DNA from: Tepidiformales bacterium
GTDB taxonomy: Bacteria > Chloroflexota > Dehalococcoidia > Tepidiformales > Tepidiformaceae
Direction: 5' to 3'
Assembly (NCBI GenBank): GCA_038256595.1
Contig: JBBSKE010000001.1
Span: 1-41,474 of the forward strand
DNA length: 41,474 nt
Shown: positions 1-8,879 of the stretch, one piece after another
Numbering within the stretch: the stretch's first letter is position 1
Layout of the letters: each line of letters begins with the position of its first letter
The notes under the pieces: generated by a model
What the model was told of the DNA's origin: nothing
The model's database searches: none
What the model saw: only the letters and a program-made list of their open reading frames with translations
Position numbers and translations under genes: made by a program

Positions 1-96
1 CGTGTCGGCCCAGTAGGCGCCGGTGACCAGGATGTAGTTGCGCAGATCGCTCGACGCGCTCTTCGCCTGGGACATGGCTGCGGTGGTCCGAGTCAT
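1..96 (-). CDS. MFS-type transporter, N-terminal fragment (gene continues past the left edge); possible ArsJ-like organoarsenical efflux permease
   Basis: This ORF is not in the track (<60 aa). The reverse strand reads ATG(96) MTRTTAAMSQAKSASSDLRNYILVTGAYWADT..., beginning 6 nt after the gap stop codon (103-105). The stretch Y-x-L-V-T-G-x-Y-W-A-x-T resembles my recollection of the ArsJ N-terminus (..Y-x-L-V-T-G-N-Y-W-A-F-T-L-T-D-G..). ArsJ genes are characteristically adjacent to a GAPDH gene. Confidence 0.4.
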   Translation of the reverse strand, partial: MTRTTAAMSQAKSASSDLRNYILVTGAYWADT

Positions 97-102
97 GCTC
101 GA

Positions 103-1119
103 TTACCCCTTCGGCAGCGTGAGGGTCACGGTCCGCGTGAGCTCCATCAGCCGGTTCACGTAGCCCCATTCGTTGTCGTACCAGGCGAGAACTTTCACAA
201 GTGTGCCATCGACCACCATGGTCGAAAGGGCGTCGATAATCGACGAGCGTGGGTCGCCCGCGTAGTCGACGGAGACCAGTGGCCGCGTTTCAAATCCGAG
301 AATCCCCTTGAGCGAATCCTTCGATGCGGTCGCGAAGAGCCAGTTGACCTCCTGGCGCGTCGTTTCCCTCGCCACTTCGAAGACGCAATCGGTCAGCGAG
401 GCGTTCAGGAGCGGCACCCGGATGGCCATCCCGTTGAGCTTGCCCTCGAGCTCCGGGTAAATCATCGAAATCGCCGTGGCCGAGCCGGTCGTCGTCGGAA
501 TCAGGGAGGCGAGGGCGGAACGGGCGCGGCGCAGGTCCCTGTGCGGCGCATCGACCACGACCTGCGTGTTCGTCACGTCGTGGATTGTCGTAATCGCGCC
601 GTGGACGATGCCCAGCCCTTCGTGGATCACTTTCACGACCGGCGCGAGGCAGTTCGTCGTGCACGAAGCGGCCGTCACGAGGTGGTGCCGCTCCGGATCA
701 TAGAGGCCGTCGTTGCAGCCGATGACCACGTTCAGGTCCGCGCCCTTCACCGGCGCCGCGACCACCACTTTCGTGACTCCTACGTCGAAATACTGACGGA
801 GGGATTCGGTCGTGGTGAACTTGCCCGATGCTTCGACCACGATATCAACGCCAAGGTCCCGCCATGGCACAGCGCCCGGCGTGAGGTGCTCGGAGAAGCC
901 AATGCGCCGGCCTTCGATGGCCAGGGATTCATCGTCCGAGCGGATATCCCGGCTCCAGCGGCCCTGGACGCTATCGAATTCGAGGTGGTGTGCGGCCGTG
1001 GCCGCGCCGCCCTTGATCTCGTTGACGTGGCGAATTTCGAACTCGGGCCAATCCCATGCGGCGCGCAGGGCGAGGCGCCCCATCCGCCCGAAGCCATTTA
1101 TTCCGATGCCGATGGTCAC
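103..1119 (-). CDS. gap: glyceraldehyde-3-phosphate dehydrogenase (type I)
   Basis: ORF 103..1188(-). It has the NAD-binding N-terminus [10 protein letters not shown], the catalytic [10 protein letters not shown] motif and the C-terminal WYDNEWGY motif. I trimmed the start to GTG at 1119 ([11 protein letters not shown]..), which is preceded by GGAGA. The 23 upstream codons are Arg-rich and look non-coding. Confidence 0.9.
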   Translation of the reverse strand: MTIGIGINGFGRMGRLALRAAWDWPEFEIRHVNEIKGGAATAAHHLEFDSVQGRWSRDIRSDDESLAIEGRRIGFSEHLTPGAVPWRDLGVDIVVEASGKFTTTESLRQYFDVGVTKVVVAAPVKGADLNVVIGCNDGLYDPERHHLVTAASCTTNCLAPVVKVIHEGLGIVHGAITTIHDVTNTQVVVDAPHRDLRRARSALASLIPTTTGSATAISMIYPELEGKLNGMAIRVPLLNASLTDCVFEVARETTRQEVNWLFATASKDSLKGILGFETRPLVSVDYAGDPRSSIIDALSTMVVDGTLVKVLAWYDNEWGYVNRLMELTRTVTLTLPKG

Positions 1120-1378
1120 TGGCGGTCTCCTCGCGTGCGATGGGCGACGCTCAGCGCGTCCGCGCTGGCACAGCCGAAATTGTATCAATTGGCGTTGATG
1201 AAACCACTCGGCTCCGTTAACACGCTCCCCGGACGCGAGCGGGAGCTCCGGCGAGGCGTGTTTGCCGCCGGTGCTTCGCCCTGCCCGAATTGTTCACTTG
1301 TCCCGAAGCTGCTAGATTCCCCGCACTGGTACTATGCGGAGCCATCCCTGCGTCCGCGCCAAACGAGGAGTCACAGCC

Positions 1379-2563
1379 ATGGTTGATCTGAAAGATACGG
1401 TCGAAGAAGCGGGATTCCGCGCCGAAGTGCGCAGCTTCCTCGATGAGAATTATCACGGCGTCACCGAGAAGCCGAAGCCCTTTGATATGGAAGGTTCCGG
1501 CGGGAAGAATGCGGCGATGGAGAAGTGGCGCATCGCCCTCTCCGAGCGCGGCTGGCTTTCGCCCCACTGGCCGAAGCAGTACGGCGGCGCCGACCTGACC
1601 GTCACCGAGCAATTCGTCTTCAACGAAGAGATGGCCGAGGCGCGCGCGCCCCTCGCCGGCAGCTACCATGGCCTTCAGCTCATCGGCCCAATCATCATCC
1701 TCCATGGCACCGAAGAGCAGCGGAAGGAACATCTCCCGAAAATCACCAGCGGCGACACGATCTGGTGCCAGGGCTACTCTGAGCCTGGCTCCGGCTCTGA
1801 CCTCGCATCGGTCCAGACCCGCGCAGTCAAGGATGGCGACGAATACGTCATCAATGGCCAGAAGATCTGGACCTCTGGCGCGCACAACGCCGACTGGATC
1901 TTCGTCCTCGCGCGCACCGATCCGAATGCGCCGAAGCACCGCGGCATCAGCATGTTCCTGGTCGATATGAAGACCCCGGGTGTGAACGTCCGCAAGATGT
2001 ACAACATGGCGAACAAGTATGGTCTCTGCGAAGTCTTCTTCGAAGACGTGCGGGTGCCTGCAACCGGCCTCCTCGGGGAAGAGAACCGCGGCTGGTACGT
2101 CAGCGCCAGCCTGCTCGACTTCGAGCGCTCGAACATCGGCGCCGCCATCGGCAATCGCCATTCCACACTCGAACTGGTGAACTACGCGAAGCGCGTGCAG
2201 GCCGAAGGTGTCCAGGTGGTCAGCGAAGAGGTCAAGCTTGAACTCGCCGATCGCCTCGTCGAAGCCGACATCTCCCGCCTGCTCTCCTACCGTGTGATCA
2301 CGATGCAGAAGCGTGGCCTGATCCCGAACTACGAGGCGTCCGTCAATAAGATGTACTACTCGGAGCTCCAGCAGCGCATCGTTCGCACAGGCATGAAGAT
2401 CGGCGGCATGTACGGCCAGATGATGGAAGGCAGCTACCTCCAGCCAGCCGGCACGAACCTCGCGCACAACTACATCCAGGCGATTCCCGGCACCATCGCT
2501 GCAGGTTCGAGCGAAATCCAGCGCAACATCATCGCCACTCGCGGCCTCGGCCTCCCGCGCTAA
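1379..2563 (+). CDS. acyl-CoA dehydrogenase family protein
   Basis: ORF 1334..2563(+). Motifs are GYSEPGSGSDLAS, INGQKIWTSGAHNADW and C-terminal AAGSSEIQRNIIA. The start is set at ATG 1379 (MVDLKD..), preceded by GAGGAG. Confidence 0.9.
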   Translation: MVDLKDTVEEAGFRAEVRSFLDENYHGVTEKPKPFDMEGSGGKNAAMEKWRIALSERGWLSPHWPKQYGGADLTVTEQFVFNEEMAEARAPLAGSYHGLQLIGPIIILHGTEEQRKEHLPKITSGDTIWCQGYSEPGSGSDLASVQTRAVKDGDEYVINGQKIWTSGAHNADWIFVLARTDPNAPKHRGISMFLVDMKTPGVNVRKMYNMANKYGLCEVFFEDVRVPATGLLGEENRGWYVSASLLDFERSNIGAAIGNRHSTLELVNYAKRVQAEGVQVVSEEVKLELADRLVEADISRLLSYRVITMQKRGLIPNYEASVNKMYYSELQQRIVRTGMKIGGMYGQMMEGSYLQPAGTNLAHNYIQAIPGTIAAGSSEIQRNIIATRGLGLPR

Positions 2564-2586
2564 TCGGGGTCACTTTTGCACCAATC

Positions 2587-2625
2587 GAAGCCGCCGCTGG
2601 TCTCCCAGCGGCGGCTTCTTCGTGT
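2587..2625 (+). terminator. rho-independent terminator after the acyl-CoA dehydrogenase gene
   Basis: A perfect 14-bp stem GAAGCCGCCGCTGG / CCAGCGGCGGCTTC with loop TCTC is followed by TTCGTGTC. It lies 24 nt after the stop codon. Confidence 0.7.
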
Positions 2626-2703
2626 CGCGAAGATGGAAATTCCATCCAATACCGGCCTCGCCGCCGCGCATACACTGGCCACATCTTCCGCAGGAGCCAC
2701 CAC

Positions 2704-3126
2704 ATGCCAGGCTACGCCGTCATCCCTTCGATTCGCGCAAGCAACCTCGAACAGGCGCTCGCGTTCTACACCGAAACCCTCGGATTCACGCTCAAGCGTG
2801 GCACTATCGAGGAAGGCAACATCTCGCTCTTCCGCGGCGACGCGAGCGTCATGCTCGAAGGTGCGACCCCGGCGTTCTACAGCGACGCCTACAATGCGGC
2901 CATCCGTGAGCGCATCGGCACGCCCTCGGCGATGGCGCTCTACATCGAAGCGGACGACCTCGAAGCGCTGAATGCGAAGCTTCTTGCCGCGGGCCTCGCC
3001 ATCATCGACCCGCTCGCCGACCGCCCATGGGGCCAGGCCGAATTCACCATCGCCGACACAGACGGCAACTGGCTGACCTTCTGGAAAGCGCTCGACACGT
3101 CAGAATCGAACGAAAACGTGACGTAA
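2704..3126 (+). CDS. VOC (glyoxalase/bleomycin-resistance/dioxygenase) family protein
   Basis: 140 aa. The N-terminal segment PSIRASNLEQALAFYTETLGFTL and the C-terminal PWGQAEFTIADTDGNWLTF are typical of the paired beta-alpha-beta-beta-beta VOC fold. An AGGAG sits 7 nt upstream of the ATG. Confidence 0.75.
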   Translation: MPGYAVIPSIRASNLEQALAFYTETLGFTLKRGTIEEGNISLFRGDASVMLEGATPAFYSDAYNAAIRERIGTPSAMALYIEADDLEALNAKLLAAGLAIIDPLADRPWGQAEFTIADTDGNWLTFWKALDTSESNENVT

Positions 3127-3188
3127 CTTAACCGGATCGTCGTTTCCGGAGTCGCCCCCGGGTGGCGTGCTGGGGTAGACTTGCGCCA

Positions 3189-3893
3189 ATGAAAGCGCGG
3201 CATAGGCGCTTCCTTTTGGTGGCAGCCTTCCTTCTCCCGCTATTGTCGGCGGTCTCCCTGGGCCTGGTAAGTTACCGCGTCTCCCACACGGGCACGCCGA
3301 CTTTCACCTTCCTGGCCTGGAACCTTGCGCTCGCCTGGTGCCCGCTCGTGCTGGCTGGCGCGATCTATTGGATGCACCGCACGGGCGCCCCGACGCTCGC
3401 GCTGATCGTCGTCGCCTCCATGTGGCTGCTCTTCCTGCCGAACGCGCCCTATCTCGTGACCGACTTTATCCACGTGCGCATCGCCGATGGCCGCCTGCAG
3501 ATGTTCGATGCCTTCCTCCTCGGGACGTTCGCCGTCAACGGCGTCGCGCTCGGCTACGTTTCGACCTACCTGGTGCACATGGTATCGAGGGACCGGTTCG
3601 GCGGTACCGTTGCCTGGCTGCTGATCGCCGCGTCGATCGCTGCGAGCGCCGTCGGGATCTACCTCGGCCGCGTCCTCCGGCTCAACAGCTGGGACGCCAT
3701 CCAGGACCCGATGCTCATCCCTCGGCTCCTCCGCGCCCGCCTCGAAGACCCATTCGGCAACCCCGACTTCGTGGCGATGGTCTCGATAGGTTCCGTGCTC
3801 CTGTTCGTGGGCTACGCCATCTCCTACTGGGGCGGCCGCCGCCTCACGGGGCCCGCCTCGCCCCAGATGCGCCAACGCCGCCGCCCGAGCTAG
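3189..3893 (+). CDS. DUF1361-family integral membrane protein
   Basis: ORF 3162..3893(+). It has multiple hydrophobic helices and the motifs LAWNLALAWCPL and FLPNAPYLVTDFIH that I associate with DUF1361. The start is placed at ATG 3189 (MKARHRRF..). Confidence 0.6.
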   Translation: MKARHRRFLLVAAFLLPLLSAVSLGLVSYRVSHTGTPTFTFLAWNLALAWCPLVLAGAIYWMHRTGAPTLALIVVASMWLLFLPNAPYLVTDFIHVRIADGRLQMFDAFLLGTFAVNGVALGYVSTYLVHMVSRDRFGGTVAWLLIAASIAASAVGIYLGRVLRLNSWDAIQDPMLIPRLLRARLEDPFGNPDFVAMVSIGSVLLFVGYAISYWGGRRLTGPASPQMRQRRRPS

Positions 3894-4094
3894 GCGGCAC
3901 GGATTCGCAACCGATGCGAATTCGGAACCCCGCGCGCAAGCAAGGGGACGTCGTGACTCGCCGCAAAATCCTCTGCCCGCGGGCCGAGTCCCCCAGGCAG
4001 CAAAGTCCGGGCCGCTACGGAACGGGGCGGGCGGGTGACCTGGCACGCAGATTCTCGGCCTGGCGGCTCGGCTCCTCCCCCGCCCTGACACGCA

Positions 4095-4124
4095 AAGAGA
4101 CCGGGCCAAATAGCCCGGTCTCTT
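4095..4124. terminator. hairpin between convergent genes (likely bidirectional terminator)
   Basis: A perfect 12-bp stem AAGAGACCGGGC / GCCCGGTCTCTT with loop CAAATA. On the minus strand it is followed by TTTGCG. It lies 22 nt downstream of the stop of the minus-strand Mo-oxidoreductase gene. Confidence 0.6.
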
Positions 4125-4145
4125 GCTCGCTTGCCAGTGTCTCGG

Positions 4146-4736
4146 CTACGAGTAGCGCTCCTCGCGCCATGGGTCCCCGTAGATGTGGTACCCGTATGTT
4201 TCCCAGAAGCCCGGGCGGTCGCGGTCGAGGAACTGCAGCCCGCCGATCCACTTCGCGCTCTTCCAGAAATAAAGATGCGGCACCACCAGCCGCAGCGGCC
4301 AGCCCTGCTCAGTCGAGAGCGGCTGCCCGTTGTGCGAGTGCGCGAACATCACGTCCGGCTTCATCAGGTCGACCAGGGGCACGTTTGTGGTGTAGCCGCC
4401 GTAGCAGTGCAGCATCACGTATTTCGCCTCGGGCGCGATCTTGAGCTGATCCATGACTGCTCCGAAGGGGATGCCGTCCCATTCGTTGTCGTACTTGCTC
4501 CACGTCGTCACGCAGTGGATGTCGTTGACCTCTTTGGTCGAACCGAGCGCGTTGAACTCGTCCCAGGTGAACGTCTTCTCCTCATCGACCAGGCCCCAGG
4601 CGTGCATTTTCCAGCTCGCGAGGTCGATGCGCGGGATGCTGCCGTAATGGAGGACCGGCCAACCGGTGGTCAGGTGTTGTCCCGGGGGGAGCCGCAGCTT
4701 GCCATCCGGGCGAAGTTCCTTGGTTGCGGTCGCCAT
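4146..4736 (-). CDS. sulfite-oxidase-like molybdopterin-binding oxidoreductase (single-domain, ~196 aa)
   Basis: Motifs are DIHCVTTWSKYDNEWDG and GWPLRLVVPHLYFWKSAKW, with C-terminal PGFWE..GYH. The size and motifs fit the short SO-family/YedY-like Mo-domain proteins. Confidence 0.75.
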   Translation of the reverse strand: MATATKELRPDGKLRLPPGQHLTTGWPVLHYGSIPRIDLASWKMHAWGLVDEEKTFTWDEFNALGSTKEVNDIHCVTTWSKYDNEWDGIPFGAVMDQLKIAPEAKYVMLHCYGGYTTNVPLVDLMKPDVMFAHSHNGQPLSTEQGWPLRLVVPHLYFWKSAKWIGGLQFLDRDRPGFWETYGYHIYGDPWREERYS

Positions 4737-4984
4737 TCGTGATGGCCTCCATTCCTTCGTGAGTTGCTTTTGTTTATCAAGCCTACTTTGTCGCGTTTGA
4801 CCGCCGCAAGGTGTGAGAGCTTACGGGCTTGTGAACACTCATTCTCGCCGTCGAAACCGCCGCAATTCGGCCCCAAACACGCATCACTGACTGCTCTGAT
4901 CGCCGTTCGCCTGTATCCTGTCGATATGTCTCGTATCGCCCGCCCGGCCGCGCCAACGAAGGACTCCGCGTGAGGAGCGAACCG

Positions 4985-5902
4985 GTGGCATCCGCCGGCG
5001 CAGGCTTTGCGCTGTTGCCGCTCATACGCGCGCTGCGGCCCTACCAGTGGCCGAAAAACGTCATCATCTTCGCCGCGCTTGCGTTCTCCGCAGGCGATGC
5101 CTGGCAAATCGATGACCCGGGAAGCTGGTGGCCGCTGGTCTGGCGCTCGGGCCTGCTCTTCGTCCTCTGGTCGATGGCCGCCAGCGCCACCTATCTCCTG
5201 AACGACATTCGTGACCGCGAACTCGACCGCCTCCACCCGCGGAAATCGCGTCGGCCAATCGCCAGCGGCCAGGTCTCAGTCGGGCTCGCCACCGCCGTCG
5301 CTGTCGTGCTCTTCGCCATCGCTATCCCGGCCGCCGCGATGATCGACGTGGTCGCGGGCGGCGTCCTCGCCGGCTACGTCATCATCATGACGCTCTACTC
5401 CTACGGCCTGAAAAGCGTCGCGATACTCGACGTGATTATTCTCTGCAGCGGCGTCATTGGGCGGGCGGTGGCCGGCGCCATCGCCATCGACGTCGAAATT
5501 AGCCCCTGGCTGTACGTCTGTTCGAGTTTCGGCGCATTCTTCTTCGCGAGTTCGAAGCGCTGGGCCGAGTACCGCCAGCTCGGCGCCGAGGCTGCCCGCC
5601 ACCGGCCCTCGATGGCGAACTACAGCGGCGACATCCTGGGCCAGATGGTTACCATCAGCGCCGCTGCGGCCTTGCTCTCGTACGCGCTCTACACGATCGA
5701 ATCGGTCAACGTGCCCGCCAATGGCGCGATGGCCCTGACCATTCCCTTCGTCGGATTCGCGCTCTTCCGCTACCTGCTCCTCCTGAACGGCGAACGCAGC
5801 ACCGACGCCCCCGACCAGATTATCTTCACTGACCCGCAGATCCTCGTCGCCGTCGCCGGCTTCGTCATCACCGCCGTCAGCGTCCTCGTCATCGCCCGAT
5901 AG
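4985..5902 (+). CDS. UbiA-family prenyl-phosphate phosphoribosyltransferase (decaprenyl-phosphate phosphoribosyltransferase-like)
   Basis: ORF 4970..5902(+). Motifs are LRPYQWPKNVIIFAAL and the Asp-rich YLLNDIRDRELDRLHPRKSRRPIASG. It is polytopic and hydrophobic throughout. The start is placed at GTG 4985, preceded by GAGGAG. Confidence 0.7.
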   Translation: MASAGAGFALLPLIRALRPYQWPKNVIIFAALAFSAGDAWQIDDPGSWWPLVWRSGLLFVLWSMAASATYLLNDIRDRELDRLHPRKSRRPIASGQVSVGLATAVAVVLFAIAIPAAAMIDVVAGGVLAGYVIIMTLYSYGLKSVAILDVIILCSGVIGRAVAGAIAIDVEISPWLYVCSSFGAFFFASSKRWAEYRQLGAEAARHRPSMANYSGDILGQMVTISAAAALLSYALYTIESVNVPANGAMALTIPFVGFALFRYLLLLNGERSTDAPDQIIFTDPQILVAVAGFVITAVSVLVIAR

Positions 5903-5921
5903 CTGCCGCGCGAACCAGCCC

Positions 5922-5956
5922 GCTAGCAGCTAGCAGCTAGCAGCTAGAAGCTAGAA
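5922..5956. repeat. heptanucleotide tandem repeat (GCTAGCA)x3 (GCTAGAA)x2
   Basis: Direct reading: GCTAGCA GCTAGCA GCTAGCA GCTAGAA GCTAGAA, ending 2 nt before the xseA ATG (5959). Each unit contains TAG, and the first three junctions create NheI-type GCTAGC palindromes. Confidence 0.95.
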
Positions 5957-5958
5957 CA

Positions 5959-7134
5959 ATGCAGGCCGTTCCCGTCTCCGCCGTGGTCGCCGTCGTGCGC
6001 GAATTCCTCGAAAGCAGCGAGTTCTTCTCGGACCTCTGGGTGGTCGGCGAGGTTTCAAACTACAGCCGCTCGTCCATGGGGCACCGCTACTTCTCGCTCA
6101 AGGATTCGGGCGGCGTCCTCCGCTCGGTGCTCTTTCGCGACACGATGCCGGGGATGGAGCTGCAGAACGGCGACCACGTCCTCGCTCACGGCCGCGTGAC
6201 TGTCTACCAGCAGCGCGGCGAACTGCAGTTCGTCTGCAACTTCGTCCGGCCCGAGGGTGTCGGCATCCTCGCCGCCCGCTACGAAGAGCTGAAGCTGCGG
6301 CTCGATGAGGAAGGGCTCTTCGACCCCGCCCGCAAGCGTCCCTTGCCGCGCTTCCCCTCGCGCATCGGAGTGCTCACCTCGCCAACCGGCGCAGCCCTCC
6401 AGGACATCCACAACGTGCTCGCGCGGCGCTGGCCCCTGGCCGAAATCGTGCTTTCGCCCGCGCAGGTGCAGGGCGAACGGTCGGTCCCGGAGATTCTCAC
6501 CGCGTTGCGCCGCCTCGGGCGCGCGCCCGGCATCGACCTCGCCATCGTCGCCCGTGGTGGTGGCGCCGCCGAGGACCTCTGGGCCTTCAACGACGAGAAA
6601 ATCGCGCGCGCCATCTACGGCTTCCCGGTCCCGGTGGTCACCGGCATCGGCCACGAAACCGACGAGACCATCGCCGACCTCGTGGCCGACCTCCGCGCGC
6701 CGACTCCCAGCGCCGCCGCTGAACGTTCGACACCGAACCAGGACGAGATTCGGCGCGTGGTTCGGGGGGTCGAACGCGGCGCTGCCCAGGCCGCACTCGG
6801 CACGGTCGAGTCGTTCCGCACGCGCATTCGAACCGCCGACCGCCGCGTCGAACACCGCCTCCCGCGCTTCCCGGAGCTACGTTCGACGATCGACCAGCGG
6901 CTCGCCCGGGCGGTCGTCCAGGTCCTCCAGCAGCGCCGAACCGACAGCGCGCGCCTCGAATCGCTCGAAGGCCGCCTGCGCGCGCTCGACCCCCGGACCA
7001 CCCTCGGCCGCGGTTATGCCATCGTCCAGGACGTGAAGACGGGCAAAGTCGTGACCAGCGTGCGCAAAGTGAAGAGCGGCCACCGGCTCACCGTCGGCGT
7101 CACCGATGGCGCCTTCTGGGTCGATGTCGGCTGA
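5959..7134 (+). CDS. xseA: exodeoxyribonuclease VII large subunit
   Basis: 391 aa. The OB-fold N-terminus reads LWVVGEVSNYSRSSMGHRYFSLKD. Other motifs are RIGVLTSPTGAALQDI and IVARGGGAAEDLWAFNDE. The small subunit gene follows it. Confidence 0.9.
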   Translation: MQAVPVSAVVAVVREFLESSEFFSDLWVVGEVSNYSRSSMGHRYFSLKDSGGVLRSVLFRDTMPGMELQNGDHVLAHGRVTVYQQRGELQFVCNFVRPEGVGILAARYEELKLRLDEEGLFDPARKRPLPRFPSRIGVLTSPTGAALQDIHNVLARRWPLAEIVLSPAQVQGERSVPEILTALRRLGRAPGIDLAIVARGGGAAEDLWAFNDEKIARAIYGFPVPVVTGIGHETDETIADLVADLRAPTPSAAAERSTPNQDEIRRVVRGVERGAAQAALGTVESFRTRIRTADRRVEHRLPRFPELRSTIDQRLARAVVQVLQQRRTDSARLESLEGRLRALDPRTTLGRGYAIVQDVKTGKVVTSVRKVKSGHRLTVGVTDGAFWVDVG

Positions 7135-7207
7135 GATTCGCGCCTTCGGACCAGCAAACTGGCCCCGAACCTGCCAACCTGATATCCAGATGTGAAGAGA
7201 GGTGCCC

Positions 7208-7516
7208 GTGGCGCGCACGACCAAACCGGCAAGTCCTCCCGCCAGCCCTGAGCCGGCTGCGGATTCGTTCGAAGCGCTGTTCGCGGCCCTCGAAGAGCGC
7301 GCCCGCAAGCTCGAACTTGGCAACCTCGGGCTCGAAGAGTCTCTGCGCCTCGCCGAAGAGGCCGCCGACCTCTCGCAACGCCTGCGAGCGATTCTCGATG
7401 CCGCCGAATCGCGCGTGGTGAACCTCCGCTCGCGCTTCGAAGAGCCCGCCGCCCCTGATGACGCCTTTTCGGAAGAGCCCAGCGACTACGACTACGGCGA
7501 CGAGGACCCGCTGTGA
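7208..7516 (+). CDS. xseB: exodeoxyribonuclease VII small subunit
   Basis: ORF 7202..7516(+). The core is FEALFAALEERARKLELGNLGLEESLRLAEEAADLSQRL, with an acidic tail. The start is either GTG 7202 or GTG 7208; 7208 has GAGAGG upstream. Confidence 0.85.
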   Translation: MARTTKPASPPASPEPAADSFEALFAALEERARKLELGNLGLEESLRLAEEAADLSQRLRAILDAAESRVVNLRSRFEEPAAPDDAFSEEPSDYDYGDEDPL

Positions 7517-8322
7517 CGGAGAAGCTGCGCATCGCCTGGCTGACCACCGGGCGCGGACCCGGCTCCTACGGCGCGCTCGAATACACGCTGCGCGCGATCG
7601 AACGCGGCCTGCCAGTCGAAATCGCGGCCGTCTTCGCGAATCGTGCGCCCGGCGAGTCCGAGGCGACCGACCGGCTCTTCGATATGGTTCGCGAAGCCGG
7701 TGTGCCGCTCGAAACCCTCTCGTCGGTGGCGTTTCGCAAGGCGAGGGGCGGCAAACTGGCGAAGCCGGGCGAACCACTACCGCCCTGGCGCGCCGAATAC
7801 GACGCCGAAGTGGTCGAGAAGCTGCGGCCGTACGCCTTCGACGCCGGTGTGATGTTTGGCTACATGCTCATCGCGACCGAACCGCTTTACACCGCATTTC
7901 CCTTCCTGAACGACCACCCGGCGCTGCCGAACGGCCCGGTCGGCACCTACCAGGAAGTCATCGCCGAGCTGATTCGCACGCGCCCGCTCGAATCCGGCTG
8001 CCTCATGAACGTCGTCAACGGCGACCTCGACCGCGGCCCGGTGGTCAGTTTCTGCCGCTTCCCCATCTGGGACGCCGGAAACCAGATGCTCTGGCGCTGG
8101 GACTACCCGCCGGACCAGCTCGTTGCCGGGGTGCGCGAGGAACTGCCGCTCTATAAGGATATTCGTGCCCGTGGCGTCGCCCGCGAGCGGCCCTTCCTGG
8201 TCGAAACACTGCGCGCGCTGGCCGATGGCAACCTCTCGCTGCCGCCGGGTAAGCCGGTGGACCTCACCGAGCGCGTCGAAGCTGCGGTCCTGAGGGATGC
8301 ACGCGAGGCCCGAAATGGCTAA
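7513..8322 (+). CDS. formyltransferase-family protein (PurN-like fold)
   Basis: 269 aa. LNDHPALPNGPVG resembles the N-x-H-P-[SA]-L-L-P motif, and NGDLDRGPVV resembles the catalytic-Asp segment of PurN/Fmt N-domains. The GTG start overlaps the xseB stop (GTGA). Confidence 0.55.
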   Translation: MTEKLRIAWLTTGRGPGSYGALEYTLRAIERGLPVEIAAVFANRAPGESEATDRLFDMVREAGVPLETLSSVAFRKARGGKLAKPGEPLPPWRAEYDAEVVEKLRPYAFDAGVMFGYMLIATEPLYTAFPFLNDHPALPNGPVGTYQEVIAELIRTRPLESGCLMNVVNGDLDRGPVVSFCRFPIWDAGNQMLWRWDYPPDQLVAGVREELPLYKDIRARGVARERPFLVETLRALADGNLSLPPGKPVDLTERVEAAVLRDAREARNG

Positions 8323-8776
8323 GGTTGTGGGCATGGATGCCAACAATCCGACCTGTCCCGAAAGTTGTGGCGAGTACGCCCCGGGCGACAACTATTGCCG
8401 CCGCTGCGGCATGTACGTCGCGACGCCCGAACTCGTGCAGGAGGAGCAATCGCTCGTGATCTCCGACGAGCCGCCGCTCTTGCGCGCGCTCGCCCCGCAG
8501 CGTGCTGGATTGCCGGCGCCGGCTGCCCGGGTTGCAGCGGCGGTCGCGGTCGGCACCGCGCTCCAGGTCGGCGTCGCCATTTTCGCGCGCTATATTGCCA
8601 GTTCGGCGGCGAGGCCCCCGGCCGCCCGCCCGCCGCGCGTCTCCCGCCGGGCCATCACCAAAGTGGAACCAGCGGAGAAGCCCGTCGCTCCGGTGATGGA
8701 CGATGGCGTCATCGCCGTCATCGAATCGGTGACCTTCCGCCGTATCTGGATGAAGCGAAACACCCCGGTCGACTAA
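8315..8776 (+). CDS. hypothetical membrane-anchored zinc-ribbon protein
   Basis: ORF 8297..8776(+). It has a CPESCG-x10-CRRCG four-Cys ribbon followed by one hydrophobic helix (VAAAVAVGTALQVGVAIFARYI). The start is placed at ATG 8315, preceded by GAGG. Confidence 0.5.
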   Translation: MAKVVGMDANNPTCPESCGEYAPGDNYCRRCGMYVATPELVQEEQSLVISDEPPLLRALAPQRAGLPAPAARVAAAVAVGTALQVGVAIFARYIASSAARPPAARPPRVSRRAITKVEPAEKPVAPVMDDGVIAVIESVTFRRIWMKRNTPVD

Positions 8777-8879
8777 ATTCGCCAATTTCGCAGGAAGTTT
8801 CGCGGACCCTGTCGATCTGACCGTTCCCCGTTCGTCTTTCATTCAGAATCAGCTCATTGAGCTACCAACGGAGAACGCG

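Noticed and set aside
1217-2467. 416-aa ORF on the minus strand
   Set aside because: It is antisense to the acyl-CoA dehydrogenase gene, and only the plus frame carries ACAD motifs.
3240-4444. ORFs 3240..4109(-) 289 aa and 3338..4444(+) 368 aa
   Set aside because: These are shadow and off-frame ORFs over the DUF1361 gene, the non-coding 3894-4145 region and the Mo-oxidoreductase gene. They are Arg/Pro/Gly-rich and cross a strong terminator hairpin.
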